From positions 1 through 36,173 of IMG/VR virus record IMGVR_UViG_3300048575_000247: 36,173 nt of DNA; one strand, 5' to 3'. Below are positions 17,243 to 26,400 of this stretch, in pieces (the stretch's first letter is position 1; each line of letters begins with the position of its first letter). The stretch comes from a virus (taxonomy: Duplodnaviria; Caudoviricetes). The notes beneath the pieces were generated by a model, which saw nothing but the letters and a program-made list of their open reading frames with translations, had not been told where the DNA came from and did no database searches. A program made the position numbers and the translations under genes.

Positions 17243-17522
17243 GCGGCCGGCGCGCCTATCGATCCCCCTCGCCGGGGCTCGGCCGCGTCGTTACATCCTC
17301 ATATGCCCTGTGTAGTCATGCGCTATGACACGGTCAAGCGCCCACGAGGTCTTAGACCTCTTTTGACCGCCTGATCCCGTCCCTGCACCGGGACCGCTCC
17401 CCCGTCCGCCCCGGCCTCCTCCCGCTTCGGCGGCTGCCTCGCCGAATCTTAGACCTATTTTAGACCTAGGATTATCCCGGGATTATCCCACCTCTCCCCC
17501 AAAGCGCGGGGCATTGTCGCAT

Positions 17523-17578
17523 TTGTGTCCGTGCGCGTCCGTAGCGCGCTCCTGCGTCCTCGCCCCCTCGGGCATAAC
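17523..17578 (+). promoter_or_regulatory. Putative late (head) promoter, copy 3
   Basis: TTGTGTCCG-N4-CGTCCGT with CATAAC at 17573. Confidence 0.55.
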
Positions 17579-17585
17579 CAGGGCC

Positions 17586-18521
17586 ATGGCAGCGCTCACC
17601 AAATGGATCGAGATCGCCCGCGCCGGCGGCCCGTACACGGCCCTGTCCGGCGAGGCGGTCACCATCACCCGCGACGACCTGGAAACGGCCGTGACCTCCT
17701 TCGACCCGGCCGACCGCCGCGTGCCGCTGGTGCTCGGGCATCCCAAGCTCGACGACCCGGCCTACGGCTGGCTCGCCGACGTCAAACGCGACGGCGACGT
17801 GCTGCTGGCCCGCTTCGGCGACGTCCCGGACCCGGTGCGCGAGGCCGTGGACCAGGGGCGCTACCGCAATGTTTCGGCCAAGTTCGCCCGGGGGTGGCGG
17901 CTTTGGCATGTGGGCCTGTTGGGGGCGGCCCAGCCGGCCATACCGGGCCTCAAGGAGGTCCGGCTGGCCGGGGCCGAGGATGGAATCACCTTCGAATTCG
18001 CCAAGGAGGCGGACATGGATGAACTGGCGCGGCTGCGGCAGGAGCTTGCCGACGTCAAGGAGGCCTTGCGCAAGGCCCGGGAGGAAATCACCCGGCTTAC
18101 GGCCGAGAAGGCCGGCGAAGGCAAGGCCAAGGAGCTGGCGACCCGGATCGACGAGCTGACCCGCAAGCTCGAGGCGACCGAGGAAGCCCGGGACAAGGCG
18201 GTCAAGGAGTTCGCCGCCTTCAAGGGCGAACAGACCGCCAAGGGCCGGGAAGGCCGTTTCGAGGCACTGGTGGCCGCCGGCAAGGCCCTGCCCGGGGAGC
18301 GGGCCAAGGTGCTGGCCTTCGCCGCCGCCCTGGGGAGCGCCGGGGGCGAGATCGAACTCGCCGCCGGCGACGGCAAGACCGAGAAGGTCGGCCACGAGGA
18401 AGCCTACTGGCGCGAGTTGGAAGGTCGGCCGGATAACGGCCTGACCCGGGAATTCACCGCTCCCGCCGGGGGCGGCGGCAACAAGGAATCCGACAGCGGC
18501 AGCATGGCCGCCAAGTTCTAG
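17586..18521 (+). CDS. Prohead protease/scaffold (Mu gpI-like, 311 aa)
   Basis: WIEIARAG, PLVLGHP..DDPAYGW, YRNVSAKF, HVGLLGAAQPAIPGL; coiled-coil C-terminus. Confidence 0.88.
   Translation: MAALTKWIEIARAGGPYTALSGEAVTITRDDLETAVTSFDPADRRVPLVLGHPKLDDPAYGWLADVKRDGDVLLARFGDVPDPVREAVDQGRYRNVSAKFARGWRLWHVGLLGAAQPAIPGLKEVRLAGAEDGITFEFAKEADMDELARLRQELADVKEALRKAREEITRLTAEKAGEGKAKELATRIDELTRKLEATEEARDKAVKEFAAFKGEQTAKGREGRFEALVAAGKALPGERAKVLAFAAALGSAGGEIELAAGDGKTEKVGHEEAYWRELEGRPDNGLTREFTAPAGGGGNKESDSGSMAAKF
18015..18521 (+). CDS. Nested in-frame scaffold protein (Mu gpZ-like, 168 aa)
   Basis: AAGGAGG at 18003-18009 before in-frame ATG 18015 at the start of the coiled coil. Confidence 0.7.
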   Translation: MDELARLRQELADVKEALRKAREEITRLTAEKAGEGKAKELATRIDELTRKLEATEEARDKAVKEFAAFKGEQTAKGREGRFEALVAAGKALPGERAKVLAFAAALGSAGGEIELAAGDGKTEKVGHEEAYWRELEGRPDNGLTREFTAPAGGGGNKESDSGSMAAKF

Positions 18522-18530
18522 GAGGCGGCC

Positions 18531-19112
18531 GTGACGAACCACAACGCGAATCTCGGGTCCCTGGACCTGGTCGAAAAGAAGGTCACGGCCGGCGGCCATC
18601 CGGTCATGCTCCGGTCCTGGCCATTGCGTCCGGACGCGGGAGAACTGGCCGCCGGCCTGCTCGTCGCACGCGACAAGACCGGCCAAGTGCATGCCTACGG
18701 CGAGGACCTGGCCGAAACCGTGGGGAGCGGAGACGGGGCCGCCAAGGACTTCTCGGGAACCCTCGGCCCGGTGGAACCCGGCATCGCCGTGACCGACGGC
18801 GTGGAGGCCTTTGCCGACGACGGCTTCGGCACCCTGACCGGTTCCGCCGGCGGCACGGGCAAGGTCGATTACCCGTCGGGCCGGTTCAAGGTGCATTTCA
18901 ACGCCGCGCCGGCCAATGCGGCCGCCATCGTGGTCACCGCGACCCATGTCCCGGCCGGCGTGCTGACGCGCGACGCGGATGCCGCGGCCGATGCCGTGGG
19001 CCTGGTTTGCGTGTCCGGCCCCGTGATGCGGGCCGCCCTGCTGGTGGGCGACGCCCCGGCCGACGCCACTTCCCTGGCGCAACTCGAACGGATGGGCGTC
19101 TGGCCCCTGTAG
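18531..19112 (+). CDS. Head decoration protein-like
   Basis: AGGAGG plus GTG; between scaffold and capsid; AGLLVAR...PAGVL...G.V.RAAL pattern. Confidence 0.65.
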   Translation: MTNHNANLGSLDLVEKKVTAGGHPVMLRSWPLRPDAGELAAGLLVARDKTGQVHAYGEDLAETVGSGDGAAKDFSGTLGPVEPGIAVTDGVEAFADDGFGTLTGSAGGTGKVDYPSGRFKVHFNAAPANAAAIVVTATHVPAGVLTRDADAAADAVGLVCVSGPVMRAALLVGDAPADATSLAQLERMGVWPL

Positions 19113-19130
19113 GCCGCCCTCGGAGGTTCC

Positions 19131-20123
19131 ATGTCCCTGTACGTCAACATCCGCCGGCTTTTCACGCTGGCCGCCATCCGCAAGACCATCGAGACCGCGC
19201 CGCCGCTGGTCACCACGGTCTACGACACCTGCTTCCCTCCGGCCGTGCGCATCGAGCACGATTCGCCGGTCATCCCCGTAGCCGAGGTGCGGGGCATCGC
19301 CAACGTCATTCCCGTGGTGCAGCGCGGCGCGCCCAGCCAGCCCATCGTCACCGAGTCCATGCGCGCCGACTACATCGAGCCGCTGCCCGTGCGCGCCCAC
19401 GTCCCGGTGACGGCCGTGGAGCTCAACAACTTCAAGCTCATGGGGGAAGTGTCCAAGGAACGCTGGGCCGCCCGCAAGACGCTGGCCCTGCGCGCGAGCA
19501 TTCGCCGCAGCATCGAGGCCTTGGCCGCACAGGCGCAGTTTAACGGCGAGATCAACTACCCCATGCTGCTCTCGAACGGTGCCTTCGCCCGCTACCGGGT
19601 GTCCTACGGCAGCGCCATCCAGACCTACGCCCCGGAAAAGACGTGGAATACGGCCGGCATGAAGTTGACCGACGTCTACACCCAGCTCGACGACATGGCC
19701 ACGCTGCTCCAGGAGGAGGTCGCCGGCTCCATCCGTTTCCTGGCCGGTAGGAAGGCCTATGCCGCCTTACTCGGGCTGGTCCAGGCGTTCGGCTCCACGG
19801 CCAAGGTGTCCGTGGCCTGGGACGAACGCGGCATCAACGTGGGCGGCCTGGTCGTGGCCAAGATGGCCGAGACCTACAAGGACCCGGAAACCGGCGCGGC
19901 CACGCCCAAAATCCCGGAAATGGAAATCCGGGCAGTCGTCGCCGACTCCAACGCCTTCTTTTACGGGGCCATCGACGACCTCGACGCCAACTTGCAGCCC
20001 CTGCCGTTCTTTTCCAAGCCCATCCGGCTCGAAGACCCGTCCGAGATGCGCATCGTGGGCGAATCCAAGCCGCTGCCGGCCCCGGTGCCTCGCGCCGTGT
20101 GCAAGGCCGTGGTCGTGGCCTGA
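19131..20123 (+). CDS. Major capsid protein (lambda E-like)
   Basis: GGAGG RBS; 330 aa; PVVQRGAPS, FYGAIDD, DPSEMRIVGESKPLP. Confidence 0.85.
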   Translation: MSLYVNIRRLFTLAAIRKTIETAPPLVTTVYDTCFPPAVRIEHDSPVIPVAEVRGIANVIPVVQRGAPSQPIVTESMRADYIEPLPVRAHVPVTAVELNNFKLMGEVSKERWAARKTLALRASIRRSIEALAAQAQFNGEINYPMLLSNGAFARYRVSYGSAIQTYAPEKTWNTAGMKLTDVYTQLDDMATLLQEEVAGSIRFLAGRKAYAALLGLVQAFGSTAKVSVAWDERGINVGGLVVAKMAETYKDPETGAATPKIPEMEIRAVVADSNAFFYGAIDDLDANLQPLPFFSKPIRLEDPSEMRIVGESKPLPAPVPRAVCKAVVVA

Positions 20124-20135
20124 CGGAGGTGCGCC

Positions 20136-20591
20136 ATGGCCTACATCACCCTCGAGGACCTCCGGGCGCTCATCCAGGAACGCGACATCCTGGACCTGAC
20201 CAACGACGCCGGCACGGCGGCCGACTTGTCCGACCCGGCCGTGGCCCAGGTCCTGGCCGACGTTTTCGACCAGGCATCCCAGGAAGTGGATGCGCACCTG
20301 GCCGGAGTGGCGGACGTGCCGCTGGCCGTGCCGCCGCGCATCGTCCGGCAGCTCGCCGCCCGGATCGCGCGCTACCGGCTCTACCAGCGCCGCCCCAACC
20401 TCGGGGACATTATCAAGCCCGTGGCCTCTGACTACAACGGTGCCGTCGCCCTCCTGGAACAGTTCGCCGCCGGCACGCTCAAACTGCCGGGGTCCATCGG
20501 TAGCGACCCCGTGGTTCCGGGAGACAGCGGCCTGACCGCATCGGGCGGCGTGCCGCGCTTCGGGGACGCTTTCTGGAAAAGGGTGCCGTGA
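20136..20591 (+). CDS. Head-tail connector (Mu gp36/DUF1320-like)
   Basis: MAYITLEDL...ASQEVDAHL...PL...IARYRLYQRR...YNGAVALLE...GTLKL. Confidence 0.85.
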   Translation: MAYITLEDLRALIQERDILDLTNDAGTAADLSDPAVAQVLADVFDQASQEVDAHLAGVADVPLAVPPRIVRQLAARIARYRLYQRRPNLGDIIKPVASDYNGAVALLEQFAAGTLKLPGSIGSDPVVPGDSGLTASGGVPRFGDAFWKRVP

Positions 20592-21085
20592 TGGATTTTC
20601 GCATCGAAGTGGTCGTCGCGCCGGCGGCCGGCTTCCTGGGCAGGCTCCTTGCGCGCCTCGACGACATGACGCCGGCCATGTCCCTGATCGGCAGGCTGAT
20701 GGGGTGCAGCATCCAGGAAAACTTCGAGCTGGGGCACGGCCCGGACGGCCAGCGCTGGAAGCCGAGCCTGCGGGCCAAACTCCAGGGCGGCCAGACCCTG
20801 GTCGATACCGGGGCGCTCATGTCCGGCATCGTCTACGAGGCTTCGCCCGACCGGGTGGAGATCGGCCCGAGCGGCCCCTCGCTCCGGTATGCGCGCATCC
20901 ACCAGGAGGGCGGCGAGATTCGCCCCAAGGCGGCCAAGGCGCTTTTCTTTCGGGGCGCGGACGGCAAGGCGCGCACGGTCAAGGTGGTTCGCATCCCGGC
21001 GCGTCCCTACATGGGCATAAGCGCCGAAGACTGGAACGGCATCGGGGAAACTCTCCTCGACTACCTGGGAGAGGCCAATGGTTGA
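20588..21085 (+). CDS. Virion morphogenesis protein (Mu gpG/P2 gpS-like)
   Basis: PDGQRWKP, TLVDTGALMSGI, YARIHQEGG, IPARPYMGIS. Confidence 0.88.
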   Translation: MMDFRIEVVVAPAAGFLGRLLARLDDMTPAMSLIGRLMGCSIQENFELGHGPDGQRWKPSLRAKLQGGQTLVDTGALMSGIVYEASPDRVEIGPSGPSLRYARIHQEGGEIRPKAAKALFFRGADGKARTVKVVRIPARPYMGISAEDWNGIGETLLDYLGEANG

Positions 21086-21518
21086 AATCCACGAGATGGA
21101 AGCGGCGCTGGTGGCCGCCCTGGAACCGCTGCGGGAAAGCCACGGCGTGCGCCAAATCAAGACCTACGGCGACGACCTGGAGCCCGAAGCCTTGCAACGG
21201 CTCCTGCCCAACCTGCCGGCGCTGCTGGTGGTCTACGCCGGTTCGGTCATCGCGGACCTGGGCCAGCGGCAGGTCGACCGGGGAGCCTACTTCGTCTTCG
21301 TCTGCGACCGCTCACTGCGGGCCGAGGCCGACGCCCGGTCCGGCGCGTCCGGGGCGTACCGGCTCCTGGGCGCGGTGCGCCAGCTCCTGCACGGCAAGGA
21401 GATTTTCCCGGACATGCCGGCGCTGCTCAAGCGCCAGGAAACCTTCCTGTCCCGCCAGGACATGACCGCCTGCTACGCGGTTTTCGAGATCGCCCAGCCC
21501 TATATGCTCGGCGAATAA
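21078..21518 (+). CDS. Tail terminator-like protein (Mu gp37-like)
   Basis: IKTYGDDL...PALLVVYAGS...GAYRLLGAVRQLLHG; precedes the tube gene. Confidence 0.75.
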   Translation: MVEIHEMEAALVAALEPLRESHGVRQIKTYGDDLEPEALQRLLPNLPALLVVYAGSVIADLGQRQVDRGAYFVFVCDRSLRAEADARSGASGAYRLLGAVRQLLHGKEIFPDMPALLKRQETFLSRQDMTACYAVFEIAQPYMLGE

Positions 21519-21530
21519 GGAGAATGGCAC

Positions 21531-22700
21531 ATGCCCGAACAGCAAGAACAGCAAGTGCAATTGACCCGCAAGGCCGTGGTCATGGCCAAGTTGGAAGAGC
21601 AATACGCCACGTTGCCGGCCATGGAGGCCAAAAACGGCGTCCTGGTCAACAACGGCGTGGACGTGGAGCCCACGGGCGAGAAGGTCAAGCGCGACGTGGT
21701 GCGCCGCACGTTTTCCCCGGCCGGCGCGGTCATCGGGGTCAAGAAGATCGTCTTCAAGACCCAGGTCGAGGCGCGCGGCGGCGGCCTGGACGGGGCCGGC
21801 AAGGTGCTGCCGCCGGACTGCGAGCCGCTGCTGCTGGCCTGCGGCACCCAGCGCACCGACGTGGTGCGGCTGACGGTGAACAGCGTGACCGGGGTCCTGC
21901 TTGGCGAAACAGTCACCGGGGCCACGTCCCACGCCACCGGGGTGGTGCATCACATCGACGGCAAGGACACGCTGGTGCTCAAGACGGTGGTCGGCGTCTT
22001 CCAGGCCGAGCAGATCACCGGCGGTTCGTCCAACGTCACCGCCGACGTGACCGCCGTCGCGCCCGGCATCGAATACCGGCCGATCACGGCAGACCCCGTG
22101 GACCAGGATTCCACGTCCGTACTCTTCTACAAAAACAAAATCCTCTACACCGTGGTCGGCGCGCGCGGCACCTTCACGATGAACTGCGCGGTCAACAAGT
22201 ACCCGCTGTTCGAATTCACCATGACCGGCCTGTGGACCGATCCGGCCGACGTCGCGAACCTCCCGGACCCGGAATACGTGAAGCACAAGCCGCCCATGTT
22301 CATGGGGGCCAATCTCGTTATCGACGACTACCGGCCGGTGGTCACCGAGCTCACCTACGCCATGGGCAACACCATCGTGGACCGCCTGGACGCCAACGCC
22401 GCGGACGGCATGGTGGGCGTGCTCATCACCGGCCGCGAGGCCACGGGCACGGTCAACCCGGAAATGGACGCCCTGGCCAACTTCAACCCCTGGGCCAAGT
22501 GGGAGGCCGCCGAGACCTCGCGCATCGCCACGCTGTTCGGCAGCAACCCGGGCAACCGGCTTCGCATCGAGCTGCCCGCCGCCCAATACGACGGCCTCAA
22601 GCACGCCGAGCGTTCGGGCATCGCCGCCTACACCGCCAGCTACATCGCCAACGCCCACCGCGACGCGGGCGACGACGAATGGCGTTTGACCATCCTGTAA
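21531..22700 (+). CDS. Major tail tube protein (non-contractile type)
   Basis: AAGGAG RBS; LTRKAVVMAKLE...LLLACG...GARGTF...ITGREATGTV...GDDEWRLTI; no sheath gene adjacent. Confidence 0.78.
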   Translation: MPEQQEQQVQLTRKAVVMAKLEEQYATLPAMEAKNGVLVNNGVDVEPTGEKVKRDVVRRTFSPAGAVIGVKKIVFKTQVEARGGGLDGAGKVLPPDCEPLLLACGTQRTDVVRLTVNSVTGVLLGETVTGATSHATGVVHHIDGKDTLVLKTVVGVFQAEQITGGSSNVTADVTAVAPGIEYRPITADPVDQDSTSVLFYKNKILYTVVGARGTFTMNCAVNKYPLFEFTMTGLWTDPADVANLPDPEYVKHKPPMFMGANLVIDDYRPVVTELTYAMGNTIVDRLDANAADGMVGVLITGREATGTVNPEMDALANFNPWAKWEAAETSRIATLFGSNPGNRLRIELPAAQYDGLKHAERSGIAAYTASYIANAHRDAGDDEWRLTIL

Positions 22701-22724
22701 CCCCAAGCCTGAAAAGGAGCCTGT

Positions 22725-23222
22725 ATGTCGGAAGTGACGCAACCCTTTGTTCTGGGAGGCAAGAACATCCTGGAGATCAAGGACAAAATCTCCGGGGCGC
22801 TCCTGGAATTTTACTACCGCATGCCCGTCCAGGCCGAACGGGACGCCTACCAGAAGTCCATCATCAAGCACAAAGGCAACAAGGTGCTGTCCAAGGCCAA
22901 CACCTTCCAGGAGCAAACCGCCCTGGGGAAACGCCTGCTGACGGGGTTCAAGAAAGGCTGCCTGGCCAATGAAGCCGGCCAGATCATCAGCTCGGACCAG
23001 GGCGACCCGGCCTACGATCCGACCTGGAAGTCGCTGATCGAAAAGCACCGGCCGGACTTCCTGGCCGCCGTGGGCCGTCGGGTCATCAACTCCACCGTCT
23101 CCCCGGACGAGGAAAACAACTTCGAAGTCGTGGAGGACTTCGGCGAGGACCCTTCGAATCCGTTATTCGACGACACTTCGACGGATGCACAGGACCAGAC
23201 CAGCCCCTTGCCGAGTGCGTAG
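22725..23222 (+). CDS. Tail assembly chaperone (G-like)
   Basis: AAGGAG RBS; between tube and tape measure; acidic C-terminus. Confidence 0.75.
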   Translation: MSEVTQPFVLGGKNILEIKDKISGALLEFYYRMPVQAERDAYQKSIIKHKGNKVLSKANTFQEQTALGKRLLTGFKKGCLANEAGQIISSDQGDPAYDPTWKSLIEKHRPDFLAAVGRRVINSTVSPDEENNFEVVEDFGEDPSNPLFDDTSTDAQDQTSPLPSA

Positions 23223-23455
23223 AGGCCAACGGCCCGTGGCTGCGGGCGGCCTGCGCCGGCTGTGACAAGCGCCTGGCCGCCCGCAGCCCCTACGTGAGCC
23301 ACTTGATCTATCTGCGCATCAAGCGTCTGGGCGGCTACCCCTTCGGGCAGGACGACCTGGACGAACAGACGTGGATCGACCTGGGCATCCTGGAGCTCCA
23401 TTACCAACGCCAACAGCTGGAACTCTATTACCAAAGCCATCTGCGACTGTTTTAA
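23150..23455 (+). CDS. Tail assembly chaperone frameshift extension (T-like), -1 frame
   Basis: Frame without its own ATG: PFESVIRRHFDGC...CAGC...GGYPFGQDDLDEQTWIDLG...RLF*; ends 3 nt before the tape measure ATG; not in the ORF track. Confidence 0.7.
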   Translation, partial: PFESVIRRHFDGCTGPDQPLAECVEANGPWLRAACAGCDKRLAARSPYVSHLIYLRIKRLGGYPFGQDDLDEQTWIDLGILELHYQRQQLELYYQSHLRLF

Positions 23456-23458
23456 GCC

Positions 23459-26400
23459 ATGACCACTCCAGAAAACCGCGTCCGCATCGTCATCGAGGCC
23501 GACAATGCTTCGGGCCGTCGGGGAATCCAGGAAACCGCGCAGGACCTGGATTCCCTGAAGGCCAAGGGGCAGGCCGTCGATCTGAATGGCGCGCTCAAGC
23601 TCGACGCCAGCGCGGTGACGCAGCCGGTCACCAAGGCGACGCAGGCCCTGGACGCCATGGGGACCACGGCCAAGAAGGCCGGCGACGAGGCCGGCGCGGC
23701 CATGGCCACGGCCGGCGCGGAGATCAAGAAAGCCGGCAGCGAAGCCGAAGCCGGGGGCAAGGCCGGCAACACGGCCATGCGCAACCTGGGCGGCGGCGCG
23801 GCCGAAGCCAGGGCGCAGGCCGAGGCGCTCGGCGCGAACCTTTCCGACATCCGCGCCCTGGCCGCCCAGCTCGTCCCGATCCTTGTCGCCGCGTTCGGCG
23901 TCGACCAGGTCATTTCCTTTGCCAACCAGGTCGTGGGCGCGGCCATGGCCATGGAGCAGTTGGGGGCAACCTATCAGGCGGTGTTCAAGGATGCCGCCGC
24001 GGAGCAGCTCCGCTACGCCGCGTCCATGGCCGACGCCTTCGGCAAAAGCCTCCTCGACGTCGCCGGCTCCTACAAGAAGTTCGCGGCCGCGGCCGATGCG
24101 GTGGGCCTGTCCACGGCCAACCAGCAGCGGACCTTCGAGGCGGTCACGGCGGCCCTGACCAAGGTCGGCGGCTCCTCCCAGGACGTGGCCGGCGCGCTGC
24201 TCGCCCTGGAACAAATGCTGTCCAAGGGCACGGTGCAGGCCGAGGAATACCGGCAGCAGTTCGCCGAGCGCATCCCGGGCGCGCTCAAGATGGGCGCGGA
24301 CGCCCTGGGCGTGACCACGGCCGCCTTCCAGAAGATGATGGAAAACGGCGAGGTCGTTTCCACGGAGTTCATTCCCAAGCTGGCCACACAACTTGAGCGC
24401 TTCGGCGACGGCTGGCAGGCCACGGCCGACACGGCCCAGGCCAACGCCGAGCGCCTCCAAAATTCCTTCCTGGAGCTCTCCAACTCCCCGGCGTTGACCG
24501 GGCTCGTGAGCTTCATCGAGAAGATCGGCACCGCCTTCAACAAGAACCTGACCCACAACATCGAGCAGGTCTCGGTGACGGTGCGGTCGCTCATGGCCGA
24601 GGCCAAGGGCGATCTGTCCCCGTTCGCCACGTGGACCAACGACCTGGACAGCCTCAAAAAACAGCTCGAGGCCCTGGATGCGCGCAAGGCGACCTGGATC
24701 AAGGACCTCAAGGACCAAGCGCAGGGGCTGTCCGAGGCGCTGGTCAACGTCCAGACCCACCAGGTGGACTTCGGCCCCTCGGGCGAAACGGTCGACCAGC
24801 TGCGGGCCAAGCTCAAATGGTTCGAGGACCAGATCAAGGAACTGACCGGGAAGACCTGGGTGGTCAACGTCGTGGCCAACGTGGACAACTCCCAGCTCGT
24901 CCAGGCCAAGGCCTACATCCAGGACCTCATCAAGGGCACGGCCGAAGTCAAGGCCAGGAACCTGGAAAACGAACAGTACAAGCTGGACAACGCCGTCAAT
25001 ACTTTATCTGGCCGCAAGGCGGCGGCGGAAAGCAAGCTGACTGATCCAAATCTTGACATGCGGGAAAAGAACGACCTTTCCCGAGAAATCGGCAGCCTCG
25101 ATACTGATCTTCAGGACGCGACCATCGCCTACAGGGAGTTGAAAAAACAGCGTGACGAGCTGGCCAAGGCCGCGCCGGAATATGCTAGGGGCAAACTCGT
25201 CGCCGATACGTGGAGTAAAGGAGGCCACGACGCGACAGACAAGGCTTACCGCGATTATGCAAGTGGCGTTTGGAACTTGGAGGCGGATTTCAATGCCGGC
25301 AAGTATGGCGACGGACCAGAAGCTGTAGCCGACCTTAAAAAGGCCTTGGATGGATTGTGGGACCAGTACAACGTCAAGGTTGACGCGGCAGGGAAAAAAA
25401 CGGCGAGCGCTGCCAACGCCATGGCTCGTTTTGAATCCCAAGGGGCCTCCTACCTGCAATCCGCCGAAAACCAGGTCGACGCCCTGGCCGCGCAGCTCGG
25501 CGGCGACAGCCTGGCCGCCGACCTGGCCAAGGTGGATTGCAGGTACGACCAGCTCGGCGCAACCATCCGCAAGGCCATGATCGGGGCCAAGGGCGACGTG
25601 GCCGATTACCAGGCGGCCCTGGCCAAGCTCGAAGAGGCCCGGGCGCTCGAAAAGCAGATCGCCGAAATCAAGGCCTGGGGCAAGGCCATGGACACGGCCG
25701 CCGCCACACTCAAGGAGCTCGGACGCCTGACCGGCGACCCGGACCTGATCTTCGGTGGCGAAAAAACCGCGATTGATGCCTCTAGCGCCAATCAGATCAG
25801 GGAAATCGAAGGGCGCTATCAAGCGGAGGCAGAGGCTATCAGAAAACAGGTTGAAGCCGGGGGAAACCTGGACGCTGCGCGTGCCGATTGGGCCGAAAAC
25901 GAGCGCAGAAGGTCAGAGGAGCTTGCCAACCAAGAAACATTGAACTCTTTAAAAACCTTGGAGGCCAAACACAGCTCTCTGGCAGAATTGTCCGGTGTGT
26001 CGCAAGAGTTTTGGGATATCCAATGGAAACTCCTCGACGAGAACCTCAAACGGGTCAAGGACAACTGCGATTCCGAGACGGCCTACGAGGCCTACGCCGC
26101 CAAGAAGCGCTCGGAACTGCGCAAGCAGGAGATCGAAGCCCGCCTGGAATACGAGACGGATTTCCTCTCGACCCTCAAGGACGCGCTTTCCCTCGAATTC
26201 GGCCTCTACAAGGACGATGCCACTCGCCAGCGCGATTCCTGGGTTTCGCTCTCCAAGGAGATCGCGTCCGGCGTCCACGATCTTTCCAGCGACATCGCTG
26301 CCGGAGCCACGGATGCGTTCAAGGCATGGGTTACGGGCAGCAGCTCCATGGCCGACGCCTTCAAAGACGCCATGAATTCGATGCTCGACTACCTCATGAC

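Noticed and set aside
17391-17445. Possible fourth late-promoter motif (CCCCCGTCCGCCCCGG)
   Set aside because: Lacks the TTGTkTCCG half and has no -10-like hexamer at the conserved offset.
21524-24396. Same-strand alternative-frame ORFs 21524-22972 and 23371-24396 as overprinted genes
   Set aside because: Low-complexity Arg/Gly/His/Pro sequence expected from GC bias; unlike 35440-36009 they carry no recognisable motif.
11421-24760. Long minus-strand ORFs (11421-14075, 14344-16254, 17472-19400, 21312-23048, 23012-24760)
   Set aside because: Antisense shadows of high-GC3 + strand genes; no motifs, and fully overlapping well-supported genes.
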